DNA of 63,977 bases, counting the filler, from Octopus bimaculoides (taxonomy: Eukaryota): assembly GCF_001194135.2 (NCBI RefSeq). It is 5 parts of 5 records of this genome, joined end to end, with 100 filler letters (N's around TTAATTAATTAA, not from the genome) between each part and the next. Parts side by side here need not be neighbours in the genome. Positions count along the whole stretch, not along the records: positions 14,937 to 40,649 come from NC_068989.1; 4 more parts are not named here. One strand, 5' to 3'. The notes beneath the pieces were generated by a model that ran no database searches, was not told where the DNA came from, and was given only the letters and a program-made list of their open reading frames with translations. This document shows, one piece after another, positions 22,982-35,599 of the stretch. A program made the translations under genes and the position numbers. The first letter of the stretch is position 1. Each line of letters begins with the position of its first letter.

Positions 22982-23881
22982 CTGGGTAATCCCATAAATA
23001 ATGCGAATTATTCGTAGGTGAACAGGATGAACTACCTGCATCAACTTGCTATAAAACCAAGTAGTAATTTTACTTTGTCCTTATTCTCAGTGCATGTTTT
23101 GAAGAGTGCAGTTCGATTTTAACAGTTATTTCTTCGAAGCTATAATGGAAGTGACAAAGGAGCATATTCGGCATATTTTGCTTTATGAGTTCAATAAAGG
23201 CAACAACGCAACGGTAAGTGCGAGGAATATTAATGCAGTATTTGGGGATCAGACAATAAGAATAAACCTTGTCAACAGTGGTTCCAGAAATTCCGAGCCG
23301 GAAACTACAGACTAGAAGACGAGCCTTGTCCTAGAACATCTGTAGAGCTCGACGACGGAGTTCTGCAAACCTGGTGGAACAAAATCCCATCGTAACTGTT
23401 GAAAAACTAGCAGAGAAGCTTGGATTTGGTCATTTAACCAGTCATTCAAATCAGTGCTAGAAGAAAAATGACCATCTTTGGTTTCAAGATGGAAGGTGCT
23501 CTTCTATCAGGATAATGCTCGGCCACATACAGCGAGAACGAAATTCCACAGGCTGGAACAGTTTGAATGAGAAACGATGCCCCACCCACTATATTCACTG
23601 GACATTGCCCCCATCTGATTATCATTTATTTCACACTCTTCAAAATCAATTGGACTGAAAAATATGAATTCTGTAGACGAGGTCAGGAAAGTACATGAGT
23701 ATTTTTCGGCATACACAAGTAAATTTTGGAAGAGGGGTCTTGCAAATTGACAAGATGGTTGAAATACCATTGTAGAAAATGAAAGAGAGTATATTTTAGA
23801 TTGAAAAAGAACTTTGTTTATCTTAATTCTGAAAAATAAAAGAAATATTTTAAAAATCGTATTATTTATGGGATGACCAGA
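22982..23881 (+). mobile_element. Internally deleted mariner (900 bp) between the two GPCR copies
   Basis: TIRs CTGGGTAATCCCATAAATAATGCG and revcomp TCTGGTCATCCCATAAATAATACG, flanked by TA. Transposase N-terminus MEVTKEHIRHILLYEFNKG is joined directly to C-terminal QDNARPH and YS(P)DIAPSDYHLF pieces. Confidence 0.9.
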
Positions 23882-24504
23882 TATTACGTCAATACAAACA
23901 TATAATGTCCTGTTATAAAAAGATTTCCTAAATTACGCCATATGGGAGTGTGGAGTGGCTGCAGGTGTCTGTGTTTGTATGTGTCCCAACTCAGTTTCAC
24001 ATTTGCTGTTAGTTTGTTTTCGTCTTCGCAACTTAGAGTTTCATTAGTAAGATGCCGATAGGAAAAGTACCAAATATAGAAACATTACTGTGTTCGATTT
24101 GTTCCATTAAAACCTTCACTGCCGTGTCCCAATAAAGTTGCACTCCGATGGCTAAAACAAGTAAAAATATGACAAAATAATACGAGTTCAAAATATAAAG
24201 AAATAATATTATCAAATTGTTATAAGCAATTCCTTGCATCGTTTGATTATTGAATATTATTAGTAAAATATCTTTATTTCTTCTATTGCAGGTATAACTA
24301 CGAAAACTATATAACACAAAACAACTTACTCTTAAGCTATAGCTCATTCTTGTTTGCTTATATTCAAAAACATAAATACATTGGAGGCATTTTCAATTTT
24401 GACCTATTCATATTACGCCATTCTAGTAAAATTCATCAACGAATTGATATCAGTATATATCCTGGATTTCTTCAAGTTTGTTGCTTCAACATTTTCAGTT
24501 CCGA

Positions 24505-26463
24505 ATGGAAATCGTCTTAAAATATTACTTTTCTATTTTATTTCTTATCACTATATTTATGAATAACATCATTCTAACATCAAATTCCCTACTAAACTGC
24601 TTACGTACGACGGACTGTGAATTTTGCTCTCTTGGACAACACTGTCATATGTATGATAGATGCTGCTGTAATGAAAATCAACAGAAAACTGATGAGTCCA
24701 AATATTTCGATCCATCAATATATTATAGTTGCAGCCTTGTTCAGAACGAAGCATATTATATCTTTGATCGCTGTCCATCAAATCACAGTGATACAAGTCA
24801 TATAACCGGATGTGAATATCTTAAAAACAACGATAGCCCGGACAATACTCCTGTGTTCGGTGAAACAACTAAAAGACTTTATAGGAACCGACATTGCGGT
24901 CTGTGCCACTCGGAAAAATATATATTATGGGAGACAGTTTATGACTGCAAAAATACAGTAAATATAAACCCTGCCAATATAATGAATATGATTGAAAATG
25001 GTAAATGTGACAAACGGTACGCTCCTCCTGATAATTTAAAGCCGTATCTGGTTCCTTGCATTCCAAGTGTTCCTAAATGCTCGCCTCATATATTAAATGA
25101 AACATTAGAACATCACTGTCTAAATTTAGCAAGTAAGAACCATAGAGGAAAGGACCAATGTATATTAGCTAATAGCTATACTAATGAAGGCATTATATGT
25201 TGCAATAATACTGACAACAAAAAATTTGATTTTTCAAGTTTGCCTTCCTTAACTATCATTTTTTATTATAATGCCAAATATTTAATCATTAAAGAACTGA
25301 AAGGCGGTACTGTAATTGAAAAGAAATTGCCATTTTGTCCAAAATACACCAATTACGATAAAAACACAATGCGTTGTCGCGCGGATTTTTATCACCCTAT
25401 CTTAAATTGTACAGCGACGAGATTAAAGGACTCCGAATATCATATCACTGGTGATGGTCTTCTCTATTTAAATACTACCCAACGTTGGCTCAATCAATCA
25501 GAATTCAGTATTGATGAAGATGGTTTAAGTATCTGTGTAAAGAATGATAACAATGAAATATCAAAATATTCCGAAATTGAGAGCTATATCACATTAGTGG
25601 GACTAGCAATCTCTGTTCCTGCTCTAGCAGTTACTATTCTAGTTTATCTCTGTATACCTGATCTCCGTACCTTACCAGGTAAATTACTCATTAGTCTTTC
25701 ATCAGCACTGTTTGTCGCTGATCTTCTCTTACTTATCTCACCACAATTCACTACATCTACAGTGCTGTGTAAGTCTTTAGCTGTTGCAATGCATTATTCC
25801 TTTCTAGCGACTTTCTTTTGGATGAACGTCATGTCATTTGATGCCTGGCACACTTTCTCAAGACTTACACAACTCCGGAGTTCAGAAAAGGATACTAAAA
25901 GACTTGTATTATATTCCTTATATGCTTGGATCTGTCCACTTGTAATAGTATCAGTGTCACTGATATTTGAGTACACACCTGGAAATCATGGACTTTCTCC
26001 AGAATATGGAATTGGTATTTGCTGGATTACAAACGTGAACAGTTTGCTTTGGTTCTTGGCAATCCCTGTTATCATTATATTATGCCTCAATATTATAGCG
26101 TATAGCATCACTATTAGAGAATTATATTTGGCCTACAAACTTTCTTCAAAATATTTATCAAAGCAAAACAAAAAGGTGTTCTTTATTTACATAAAATTAT
26201 GCTTCATCATGGGTTTAACATGGATGTTCGCATTCCTTTATACGTTTACGAAGATTGACGAATTTTCTCTACTATTTTGCATTTTAAACTCTTTCGTCGG
26301 TTTATTCATTTCTTTGTCGTTTCTCTTAACAAGGATCGTCTGCCGCAGTTTTCTACGTATGTTTCTTAAAATGCGAAAATATGTCGAATCCTCAAACGCT
26401 GATGTTTCGACGATTACTGAAACAAACTCGACCAATATTCAAAATGAAACGTCACTAAAATAA
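24505..26463 (+). CDS. Class B (Methuselah-like / non-GAIN adhesion-like) GPCR with uninterrupted CDS, copy 2, 652 aa
   Basis: The first in-frame ATG is at 24505. Same architecture as copy 1 with an intact reading frame and a near-identical juxtamembrane/7TM core. Confidence 0.93.
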   Translation: MEIVLKYYFSILFLITIFMNNIILTSNSLLNCLRTTDCEFCSLGQHCHMYDRCCCNENQQKTDESKYFDPSIYYSCSLVQNEAYYIFDRCPSNHSDTSHITGCEYLKNNDSPDNTPVFGETTKRLYRNRHCGLCHSEKYILWETVYDCKNTVNINPANIMNMIENGKCDKRYAPPDNLKPYLVPCIPSVPKCSPHILNETLEHHCLNLASKNHRGKDQCILANSYTNEGIICCNNTDNKKFDFSSLPSLTIIFYYNAKYLIIKELKGGTVIEKKLPFCPKYTNYDKNTMRCRADFYHPILNCTATRLKDSEYHITGDGLLYLNTTQRWLNQSEFSIDEDGLSICVKNDNNEISKYSEIESYITLVGLAISVPALAVTILVYLCIPDLRTLPGKLLISLSSALFVADLLLLISPQFTTSTVLCKSLAVAMHYSFLATFFWMNVMSFDAWHTFSRLTQLRSSEKDTKRLVLYSLYAWICPLVIVSVSLIFEYTPGNHGLSPEYGIGICWITNVNSLLWFLAIPVIIILCLNIIAYSITIRELYLAYKLSSKYLSKQNKKVFFIYIKLCFIMGLTWMFAFLYTFTKIDEFSLLFCILNSFVGLFISLSFLLTRIVCRSFLRMFLKMRKYVESSNADVSTITETNSTNIQNETSLK

Positions 26464-27956
26464 TTGAAACTTCTCCAGAAATATTCTAGACAACAGACAT
26501 TCTACCACAGTACACAACCTATTGTAATGCTACATTCTATAAACTACACTGTAAAAGTCTCTAACACCACTTACTGCATTCTATCTCAGACTAATTTATG
26601 TTTATGATAACCTTATAAGCGTTAAGTATTATAATTAGAATGCAGATTTTGATGACGTTCTTGATATCCTTCAACGAGCTTTCGTATTAGAAACTGAAAC
26701 AGAGTTTCCTCTCACTACACACTTTCACCAATCTCAGATTGTCACCCTCTCCAGCAAGCTTTTTCAGAATGTATCTATTGCCAACGATTTTTAAATCGAC
26801 TTCAGTACTTTTGTTTTCTCATGGGGATTAATAACATTTCAACAATTAGATAATGTTGAATATCTATAAGTTTTCAAATATTTTTCATATTCTGGATAAA
26901 TACATCTTCGATCACTTTCATCATAGATCTCGTTCAGAAAAATTCACCTACGTGGCTGACATGTACATTCTCAAGCATTCGCTTGTTGGCTTGAAACCAT
27001 TCTTTTCACATCACATGTAATATTTATATCAGAATCCAATGAGACTAAATGTCGTCTGCATCGTTAAGAATTTTTGTTATCTCGGAAATATGACAGAACA
27101 AGTACAGTGAACTTGCCGTACATAATGGAATGTCCAATATTCTTGTATGAGTCCTCAAGGTAAATTTGAACTGAAATGAAATAAAAGACAGCAGAACTTT
27201 ACATTCTCCGGAGTCAACTGTCTCGTTGTTATCAAACTACAATGTTTGCAGGACAAATTTCGAATATGCTGTGAACATTACATGTAATAAATATAGCAAA
27301 ATCTAAGGAGGGCGATGATAATGTGTATTGACAAGATTTTTCTTGTTTGGAATATGAGAATGAGAATGGTAAAATAGCCGTTGCGTGATGAATATCCAAC
27401 TTTTCTGTAAACATTCTGCTTAAAATAAATTTGACAGGAGGAAAGTAAAAGAAAAACAATAGGGTTTTACATCATCTATTTTAAGAAACTGGTTTCATTT
27501 GGGGACGAACTAACTTAAAATATCTTCTATCTTGTATTGACCCATGATTTTTCAAACTATAACTAAACTAAATCTATTTCAAACGTTCCCATTGTGCATC
27601 TGTTACGTTTAGATGCGTGATAAATTGCGTGATGGGAATTTGTACAATTCATGACTGCTTCTATATCGTGAGATATCATATTCCATTCGTTAATTACTAC
27701 TACTCTAAATAATTATATGTATTATGCCTCAATATCATGCGTGTCTCTTTTGCATGACTACATACTTTTCTTTCCTTCCAACATCAAAGAACTTTGCACC
27801 TTACTTGACATTTTATATTACACTACTATTTCTAATTCTTCAGTGCCTACATTGAATGATTAAATTCCATAGCAGACTGTATGATATAAATATTATATTT
27901 TATGGAACTATACTTCATGCAATTAGTTACACTACATTATTATTATTAACGCACAT

Positions 27957-28460
27957 CCTTAGGCGACGAGCTGGAAGAATCGGTAGCACTCCGGGTAAAA
28001 TGCTTAGCGTCATTTCGTCTGTCTATACATTCTGAGTTCAGATTCCGCCGAAGTCGACTTTGTCTTTTCATCCTTTCGGGGTTGATAAAATAAGTACCAG
28101 CTGAGTACTAGGGTCGATATAATCGATTATCCCTCTCCCACAAATATCAGGCCTTGTGCCTATAGTAGAAGGGATTATTAATGTGTATCCTAAGGCGACG
28201 AGCTGGAAAAATCATTAGCACTCCGAGCAAAATGCTAAGCGGCATTTCGTCCGTTTTTACGTTCTGAGTTCATATTCCGCCGAGGTCGACTTTGCCTTTC
28301 ATCTTTTCGGGGTCGATAAAACAAGTACCAGTTGAGCACTGAGGTTAATGTAATCGACTTACCCTTCCCTCGAATTTAATGGCCTTGCACCAAAATTTGA
28401 AATCACTATTAATGCGCATCCTAAGACGACAAGCTTTGTTCCTAAATTTGAAGTCAATAT
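27957..28460 (+). mobile_element. Tandem array of tRNA-derived SINE family 'X' (Deu/Nin-like central domain): two full copies and one deleted copy
   Basis: GGCGACGAGCTGG.AGAATC.TTAGCAC...TTCTGAGTTCA.ATTCCGCCGAGGTCGACTTTGCCTTTCATCCTTTCGGGGTCGATAAAATAAGTACCAG. Other copies at ~28600-28810(-), 31790-31990(+), 32090-32310(-), 32320-32470(-), 32560-32655(-), 44990-45210(+), 53090-53310(+) and 55360-55640(+). Confidence 0.8.
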
Positions 28461-28875
28461 TACATGTATTGTTAAATATGTCTGCTTTTATTATTAGAGT
28501 TGTTGTTTTATATGTTCGGTTCCATTAACTGCAAGTTTTATTACATTACATGATGAGGTTGCTTACCTTTCATGTCATGCTCATTTGCAGTTTATGCAGG
28601 GTGTCTCAATAAACTTTTCCACCAAAGGCACAAGGCCTGAAATTTGGGGTGAAGTAGAGCTAATTGATTACATTGAACCCAGCACTTGACTGGTACTTAT
28701 TTATAGACTCCGTAAGCATGAAAAACAAAGCCGATCTCAACGGTATTTGAACTCGGAAAAAAATGCTTCTAAGCATTTTGTCCGGCGTACTAACGATTCT
28801 ACCAGATCACTTTGAGGTGTCTCATAATAATGGGAAACATCTTATACACAACTGGGACTGGAACACGCAAATCTA

Positions 28876-30102
28876 CCAGGTTGAATCAAAAGGTTTTTTT
28901 TAATTTAAAGCTTTGGTTAATAGTTCAAACAGATTGTATATAGAAAGTGTTTATTCATCAAAATATATCCCATCATATTCTATTGTCATCGTTGTGCTAG
29001 AAGCTCAATTCCACGCTTACACCATTTGGCTGGTTCAGAGGCAAAAAAACTCCCCGCATACGTTTTCAAACTTACCTACATTGTTAAACCTCCGACTGTG
29101 CAGGAAATGGGTCATAGCTTGGAGAAGGTGGTAATCAGATGGTGCAAGGTCTGGACTATAGGCAAGATGAGGCAGCACAAGTTTCTCAAGTTTGTGCTTA
29201 GTCCCATTGGCAGTGTATGCCGAGATATTGTCATGCTGTAGGGATGCGCGTCTTCGATTGACTAATGCCAGTAGCAGGCTTTTGAAGCATCGTATACTCG
29301 CTGCAGTTTATGAGCATGAAAATTAATGTTCACAGCATGACCATCTGAGACAAGCTCAAAATGCAACAACCCCTTCAAATTCCACCAAACACATAACATG
29401 ACCTTCTATTCAAACCACCCTTATTTGACAACAGGTTCTGAAGCCTGGCTTCAACGCTGCTACGTATTTCTGTTATTAGGATTGCGAAAATAGATCCATT
29501 TTTCATCCCCAGATACAACTCGTCGCCAAAAACGGACATTTAAAGGATTCTCCAACAGTTGTTTGCAAATGTTCTCACGTTGTTGAGACTGGTCATTGGT
29601 AAGTTCATGAGGAACTTCTCCACAACTTCTCGAGCTTATGGAGGTGTCAGTTGATTGTGCTTTACGAATGATCAGGTTCTACCAACAATGTACGAGCTTG
29701 TGCTTGTCTGTTGTTTAACCATTTCAAGCAAGGCCACATTTTCCATATCAGAAGATTCCTTGACCTTAGTTTTCCTTTGAGGCTGGTGTCACCTTCCTTG
29801 AAATTTTGATCCCACACCTTCGTTGACAGTTCATTAATTTCTGTTGAATTTGTCCTTGCACTCAGTCCTTTTCTCCACAGATAGCGTAAATGGCTCTAAT
29901 TGCAATTTTTTCACCACTTATTATCAAAGGTGTGAAATAAAGAATAAGCAATTAATGTTTGTATACTATATATTGAAAACAAGAATAAACTATTCAGCAG
30001 CGATTGGATAACAAGTTGTATCAAATTAATGATGTAACATGAAGATATAAGTCGCCAAAAATCAACACAGAAAATCAGAAAAAAACTTTTGACTCAATCT
30101 GG
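28876..30102 (-). mobile_element. Full-length (1227 bp) decayed mariner
   Basis: TIRs CCAGGTTGAATCAAAAGGTTTTT and revcomp CCAGATTGAGTCAAAAGTTTTTT, flanked by TA. The minus strand carries LAYSPDLAPSDYHL and other transposase remnants. Confidence 0.85.
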
Positions 30103-33100
30103 TAATATAAATAAATTATAAATATTACAAATAAAGTATGTTCCATCAGTATGAGACGCCCTGAATTACGTAATTATTTATATTCGATAACATTTCCTTA
30201 CAGGTTTTCTTACATTTCACCATTGTTAATATTACACATCTTGTTATATTTAATAATGAATTATTCTGTTTTAGAGAGAGAGTTTTGCACGTCTTATTAA
30301 ATATCAGTGATATGCATTATGCAATTTGTTATATTTCATGAATTACCGTTATGAATTACTTGCCATGTTGCATTATACAGCAGCCTATAATAACTTTATA
30401 GCCACGGGAATAAAATGCAAATTTATTTAACTTGTGAAAACCTCATGAAAAATTAACAAGAACTAATGAAATTTTGTTTCAATAATTCTAGGCTGTTGAT
30501 TAACAGCCCAGTCAAGATGGTATTTTCTTCATCTCCTACTCTTGTATTTGCACACATTTGAAAAATCACTTTCTGAAATGAACTTCCATTATGCAGCTGA
30601 GGAGTACATTTTCATTGCACATCTTATGTGGTGTTCTCACTACATAAATAAATGAAGTTTGTACGAAACGTACGTACTGCTATAACCTAATACATTTTTG
30701 TTGCTTTTCTTCAAATTTTATTCACCAAATCTCTTGATCTCGTTTTTGGTTTTTACCCTACCAAATTCTGGTGCCACATACATTTTAAGTATCACATTTA
30801 ATCTTTTGATTAAATCTATATTATATATATATATATATNNNNNNNNNNNNNNNNNNNNNNNNNNNNNNNNNNNNNNNNNNNNNNNNNNNNNNNNNNNNNN
30901 NNNNNNNNNNNNNNNNNNNNNNNNNNNNNNNNNNNNNNNNNNNNNNNNNNNNNNNNNNNNNNNNNNNNNNNNNNNNNNNNNNNNNNNNNNNNNNNNNNNN
31001 NNNNNNNNNNNNNNNNNNNNNNNNNNNNNNNNNNNNNNNNNNNNNNNNNNNNNNNNNNNNNNNNNNNNNNNNNNNNNNNNNNNNNNNNNNNNNNNNNNNN
31101 NNNNNNNNNNNNNNNNNNNNNNNNNNNNNNNNNNNNNNNNNNNNNNNNNNNNNNNNNNNNNNNNATAAATTTAATTAGGTGTTAAATAACCACCTAAGGG
31201 ATATTAAATATCCAAAGTATTTACTGGGTTTTTTACCTATATAAATAACAATATTATGAACTATCGCTCTTAACAAATTGGTAAATAAATAAAATAAACA
31301 TACAGCTTATCAATGTATAAATATGAATTAGAAATAGAGAACAAAATAATGAAGTGAATAACTAAATAATTTTATCATGAAATGATAAATTCAATTCAAT
31401 TTTATTATTTTATACAAACAAATGACACATCTCATAAATTACAACTTTTTCGAGAATAATAAAATACCGTTTAAATATAATGAGGTGAGTTTCATCAGAT
31501 AGATATATCTTCTTTTTTTTTTTTTTTTGTTGCTTTTCAATTGCGATGAGCAAACCAGTGTAATTTCAGGAACAAGGCAAATGACTTGTTAAAGTTGAGC
31601 AAATAATATTAGAAAACTTTTGTTTGGTACCTGAAATTCATGACAAATACTATCATTCGAAATAAAATTAACTTTTCGTAAAATATTTAATAAGAAATGA
31701 CACCATTTATATGTAAGGCAAGTATGTATAACAAATATTTTACTCAAATTTCCAATAAATCATTTTAATGTTATAAGATGGAAAAATCGTTAAATTAGTG
31801 CTATAAACGTTTTACAGTATTTCTTCTGACTCTTTATGTCCTGAGTTCAAATGTACACAAGGCCAGCCTTTCACATCATTCGTCCGAGGTCGAGAAAATA
31901 AAATCCTAGTCAAGTACTGGGGTCGATGTAATCCACCAACTACCTCCCCTCAAAATTACTGGACTCGCGCCTAAATCAGAAGCACTATTAATTGTCCAAA
32001 TATTATAGTCACTTGCTTACACTCCTCCTCCTCCCTCTTCTTCACTCGACTTCCAGCAACTATGATGACAGACGTACACCACCAATCCTGCAATAATCCT
32101 TTCCATTCTAGATGCAAGGCCTGAAATCTTGGGGAAGAAGGTAAGTCGATTACATCGATATTAGTGCTCAGCTGGTACGTATTTTATCGAATGCGAAAGA
32201 ATGAAAGACAAAGTCGACCTTGACGGAATTTGAACTCGGGACGTAATGCTGGAAGAAATGTCGCTAAGCATTCTGTCCGGAGTGATAACGGTTCTGTCAG
32301 TTCGCTGCCTTCCAGTCACGGTAATAAAAGTTTTAACTTTTGGTACAAGACCAGAAAGTTCGGGGAGGGGTTAAGTCGATTACGTCGATCCCGGTGTTCA
32401 AATGGTACTTATTTTACCGACCCTGAAATGATGAAAAGCAAAGTCGACCTCGGCGGAATTTGAACTCAGAATCACGGTAAAAATACCGTCTGTGTGACAT
32501 TGTTCCATCATCATATGTTTCCAACTAATATTCATTTCAAATTTTTTCAACAAGGGCAGCTTGGGGAATATGGGAATGAGTCGATTACATCGAACCGAGT
32601 GTTCAACTGGTACTTATTTTATCGACCTCGAATAAAGTCGACCTCGGCGGAATAATACCTTGGTTGCTTAAAATTATTGCTTTAAGACAATCATCGTTTA
32701 CAATCGCAGCAATAATGCGTTCGAAATACGGTGGTTATCGTCCTTAAGTCAGATAACTAACTTCTGGTATGCAGGCTTAAACCATAAAAAATTATGAGAA
32801 AATTGACTTCTTTGTTACAATATTTCTGTTGAATTACGTTGCCCTTGTGTAAATTAATTCTGAAAAGAGTGAAGATTTTAAAAAAATAACTGTGATTATC
32901 AAGTAGGTTTGGGGAGCATAAATTAACAAACTTTAACAGAGTTTTCATGTAGATTCCTTTAAAACGGAAAGTTTATAGTAGAAGCAGGGTCGACTTCAGG
33001 CGGGTTGGGTTAGTTTCAAAATGGTTGAACTATCGTCTCGTCCATTACCAAACATAGTAAGTCAAAATTTACATAATATTCTTGCCTCTAGGAATATTCA

Positions 33101-33248
33101 ACATAAACCATTCAATAAATAAATCAGACGCTCGTCTCTCCTACCATATTTACGGATTGATGGTTCAAGTACTAACAGTGTACTTCGTTAGATCTCTGTG
33201 TTGATTCGATTTCAGCTAAGAATTGGGTTGGGTCAGTATTGCGATCAC

Positions 33249-33405
33249 AAGGGGATGGTAGCGAACCCTGCTGTACTCTTCCACCACAACTTTCTCTCAC
33301 TCTTTCTTCCTGTTTCTGTTGTACCTGTATTTCAATACAGAAAAGGGGAGAAAATTCACTGATTTTTGTGAATGTATATAGGAATCCCAAAATCCATGTT
33401 AAACC
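33249..33405. other. Chimera: SINE internal fragment (33249-33334) fused to a 71-bp copy of GPCR copy 3 (33335-33405 = 35748-35818)
   Basis: 70/71 identity to the TM6-ECL3-TM7 coding region of the 35600-37519 gene. The SINE part matches the family at 39390-39773. Confidence 0.9.
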
Positions 33406-34707
33406 ATCCTTTTGGATTCGTTAAGAGAGCTTGTAATGAGACAGATCTTACATAGCCATTAGGACACCGAATGTTTTCATACATTGAATTGACATCTATT
33501 AATTAGATTCATTTTGCTGGAGACTTGTCCTTTTTATGTTGTATAAATTTCCGTCTGCAAAACAGACCCTGAATGCGTCAACCACGTCGCAGATCGTCTC
33601 TCGTCAGTGGCATGTCGTTCATGTGAAGTGCATGTGGAGTTTGAATGGAGTGAGCTTTAGGAGTGAAAAATAGCCCAATTAAATTGAGAAAGTTTTTTTG
33701 ATTTCACTGTCAATCATATAAGACTTCCATATGCTGTACTCGATGTCATGTAAGGCGCATTTTTTTAAAACATATCTCAAAAGATCACCTTGAATCCTAT
33801 ATGCAAAGTTGTCCCATTCCCTCATAAGCTTTATTGAATTATAAACTATTCTTTTCCCTCAATATTCGTTGCTGACATTGGGGTGCATCTAATATACCCA
33901 TGTATCATTCATACCACTAGCTATGGTAATCACATTATATATTTCCGTTTCCCGCTTCCCAATACAGGAATTTATAGGAGACTTGCTAACTGGAATGTTC
34001 CTCAGTGGATATATTTTTTAACCCACTTGATATAAAAACAGGCACTTTGGGTGGACTTAGTAAATCGCGGCAAATAGTGAAAACGATTAATCGAAGCACT
34101 CGATAACTTCACCAATAGTCATAATCGAGTATGGTAGAACAAGAAAAGACTCTGGAAAATTCGTCTACGACTGTTAACAAATATGTGTTTCTGTTTTTGT
34201 TTTTACTTCAGGATACTTTAATTCGACAGAAAGGCGTCCAAATGCATATGTAACTTTGATTAACTTGCTTTCTTGTTTATTGTTTCAATTTAGCGCAGAC
34301 TAAAGGTGAAAAGCCATCTTTATCATCTGTAGAGTAAGGCAACTTCTTTATCCGCACACTGTCTGACAGTACCAGGAAGGCATAGGTGAATATGGATATC
34401 TCTCAGATATCCATATTCGCTAGACATCCCTAGATATAATTTCAAAATGCACAATCCAAATGCCATTTTATTCAAGACTACTTCCCATGATCGATCATGA
34501 ATACTATTGAACGTTGGTCAGTAATAAGTACAAAATGCCTTTTAGATAAGAATTAAGGCCTTTTCATACTACCTCAGTAACTGATGTAGACTACGTTTCA
34601 GCACATGGATGCAATTCATAACCTTACAGAATTCTTTACATTAATATTACAAACAGGTCAATCACTGCGATTCAGAGCAGCAGAAACAAATTTCTCANNN
34701 NNNNNNN

Positions 34708-34724
34708 CGACGCTCTTCCGATCT
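34708..34724 (+). other. Illumina adapter remnant (artifact)
   Basis: CGACGCTCTTCCGATCT directly after a 10-N gap is the 3' end of the TruSeq read-1 primer/adapter. Confidence 0.95.
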
Positions 34725-35599
34725 ATCGTCGATCGAATTAAGATTTGTATTTTCGAGTTCATCCTTTAAACGATTCAATAGCGAAGATGTCGATAGGCAA
34801 AAAAAGATTTGTCAGAAAAATGAATGAGCTTTCTCAAAAAATCAAGAATCCATTTTGCATGGTGTGCAAACATTCGGAGTGAATGCTTTAAAAAAGGACA
34901 TCGAAGATGACGTAAATAGCTGAATAATAGATGCAGTCAATAATAATCCAATTCAGTTTGACCGTTACCAAATTCATCTCCTAGAATTTTAATTGCTGTC
35001 GCTGATCTTTGATATCTCAAATGTAATTTAATCGTGTTTCCAGCGTGTTATTTCTGCGATTATTGACGAAGTTAATCTTAAAGGTTTACTTACAATTTAC
35101 TAACCCAGTCTGTTGCAGTGTCTCAATTGACAATTTCAGCAGTATTCATCCATATTCATTCAATTTCTTAAATATGTCCGCTTTTTGATGAGTCTTTGCT
35201 TTGTCTTCTCATAATTATGAGTGATGGGAGTATGTTACCAAAAGTCAATTATCCGAGGGAGGTCGTTCACTGAATCTGCTGTGAAATCTCAATTCAGAAT
35301 GGAATGGAATGGAAAACGAATGCAGCTTAAAGCATAAAATCTGAAAGCTAAAACTTTTTTTAAATCTCCTTGTCAATTAGAATGCTGTCACAGATTCAGC
35401 AAACAATAACACTTCTTATGTCAGGTAACTGGCTTCTTGTGCACAATCTTCAGTCTTTTTTAGTTCTGGGAAAACCAAACAATCGTCTCATCGAACGCCA
35501 AACATAACAAGATTCAATTCGCATAACAGACCTTTTTTCAAGCTAAGAGCGCCGAGTAAATAATAAATATAAACCAAATGTATGTTTAACAAATGCTGT

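Larger units (their letters stand above)
19560..27250 (+). repeat. Tandem segmental duplication, ~3-kb unit (19560-22560 and 24263-27250), period ~4.7 kb
   Basis: Homology extends from GTAAAATATC upstream of the acceptor, through both CDSs, and ~800 bp into the 3' flanks (e.g. CCAGAAATATTCTAGACAACAGA; AGAATCCAATGAGA; AACTTGCCGTAC). Confidence 0.9.

Noticed and set aside
33172-33390. 72-aa ORF starting with GPCR-like GFLYTFTKISEFS as a separate small gene
   Set aside because: It is a chance read-through from the captured 71-bp fragment into antisense SINE sequence.
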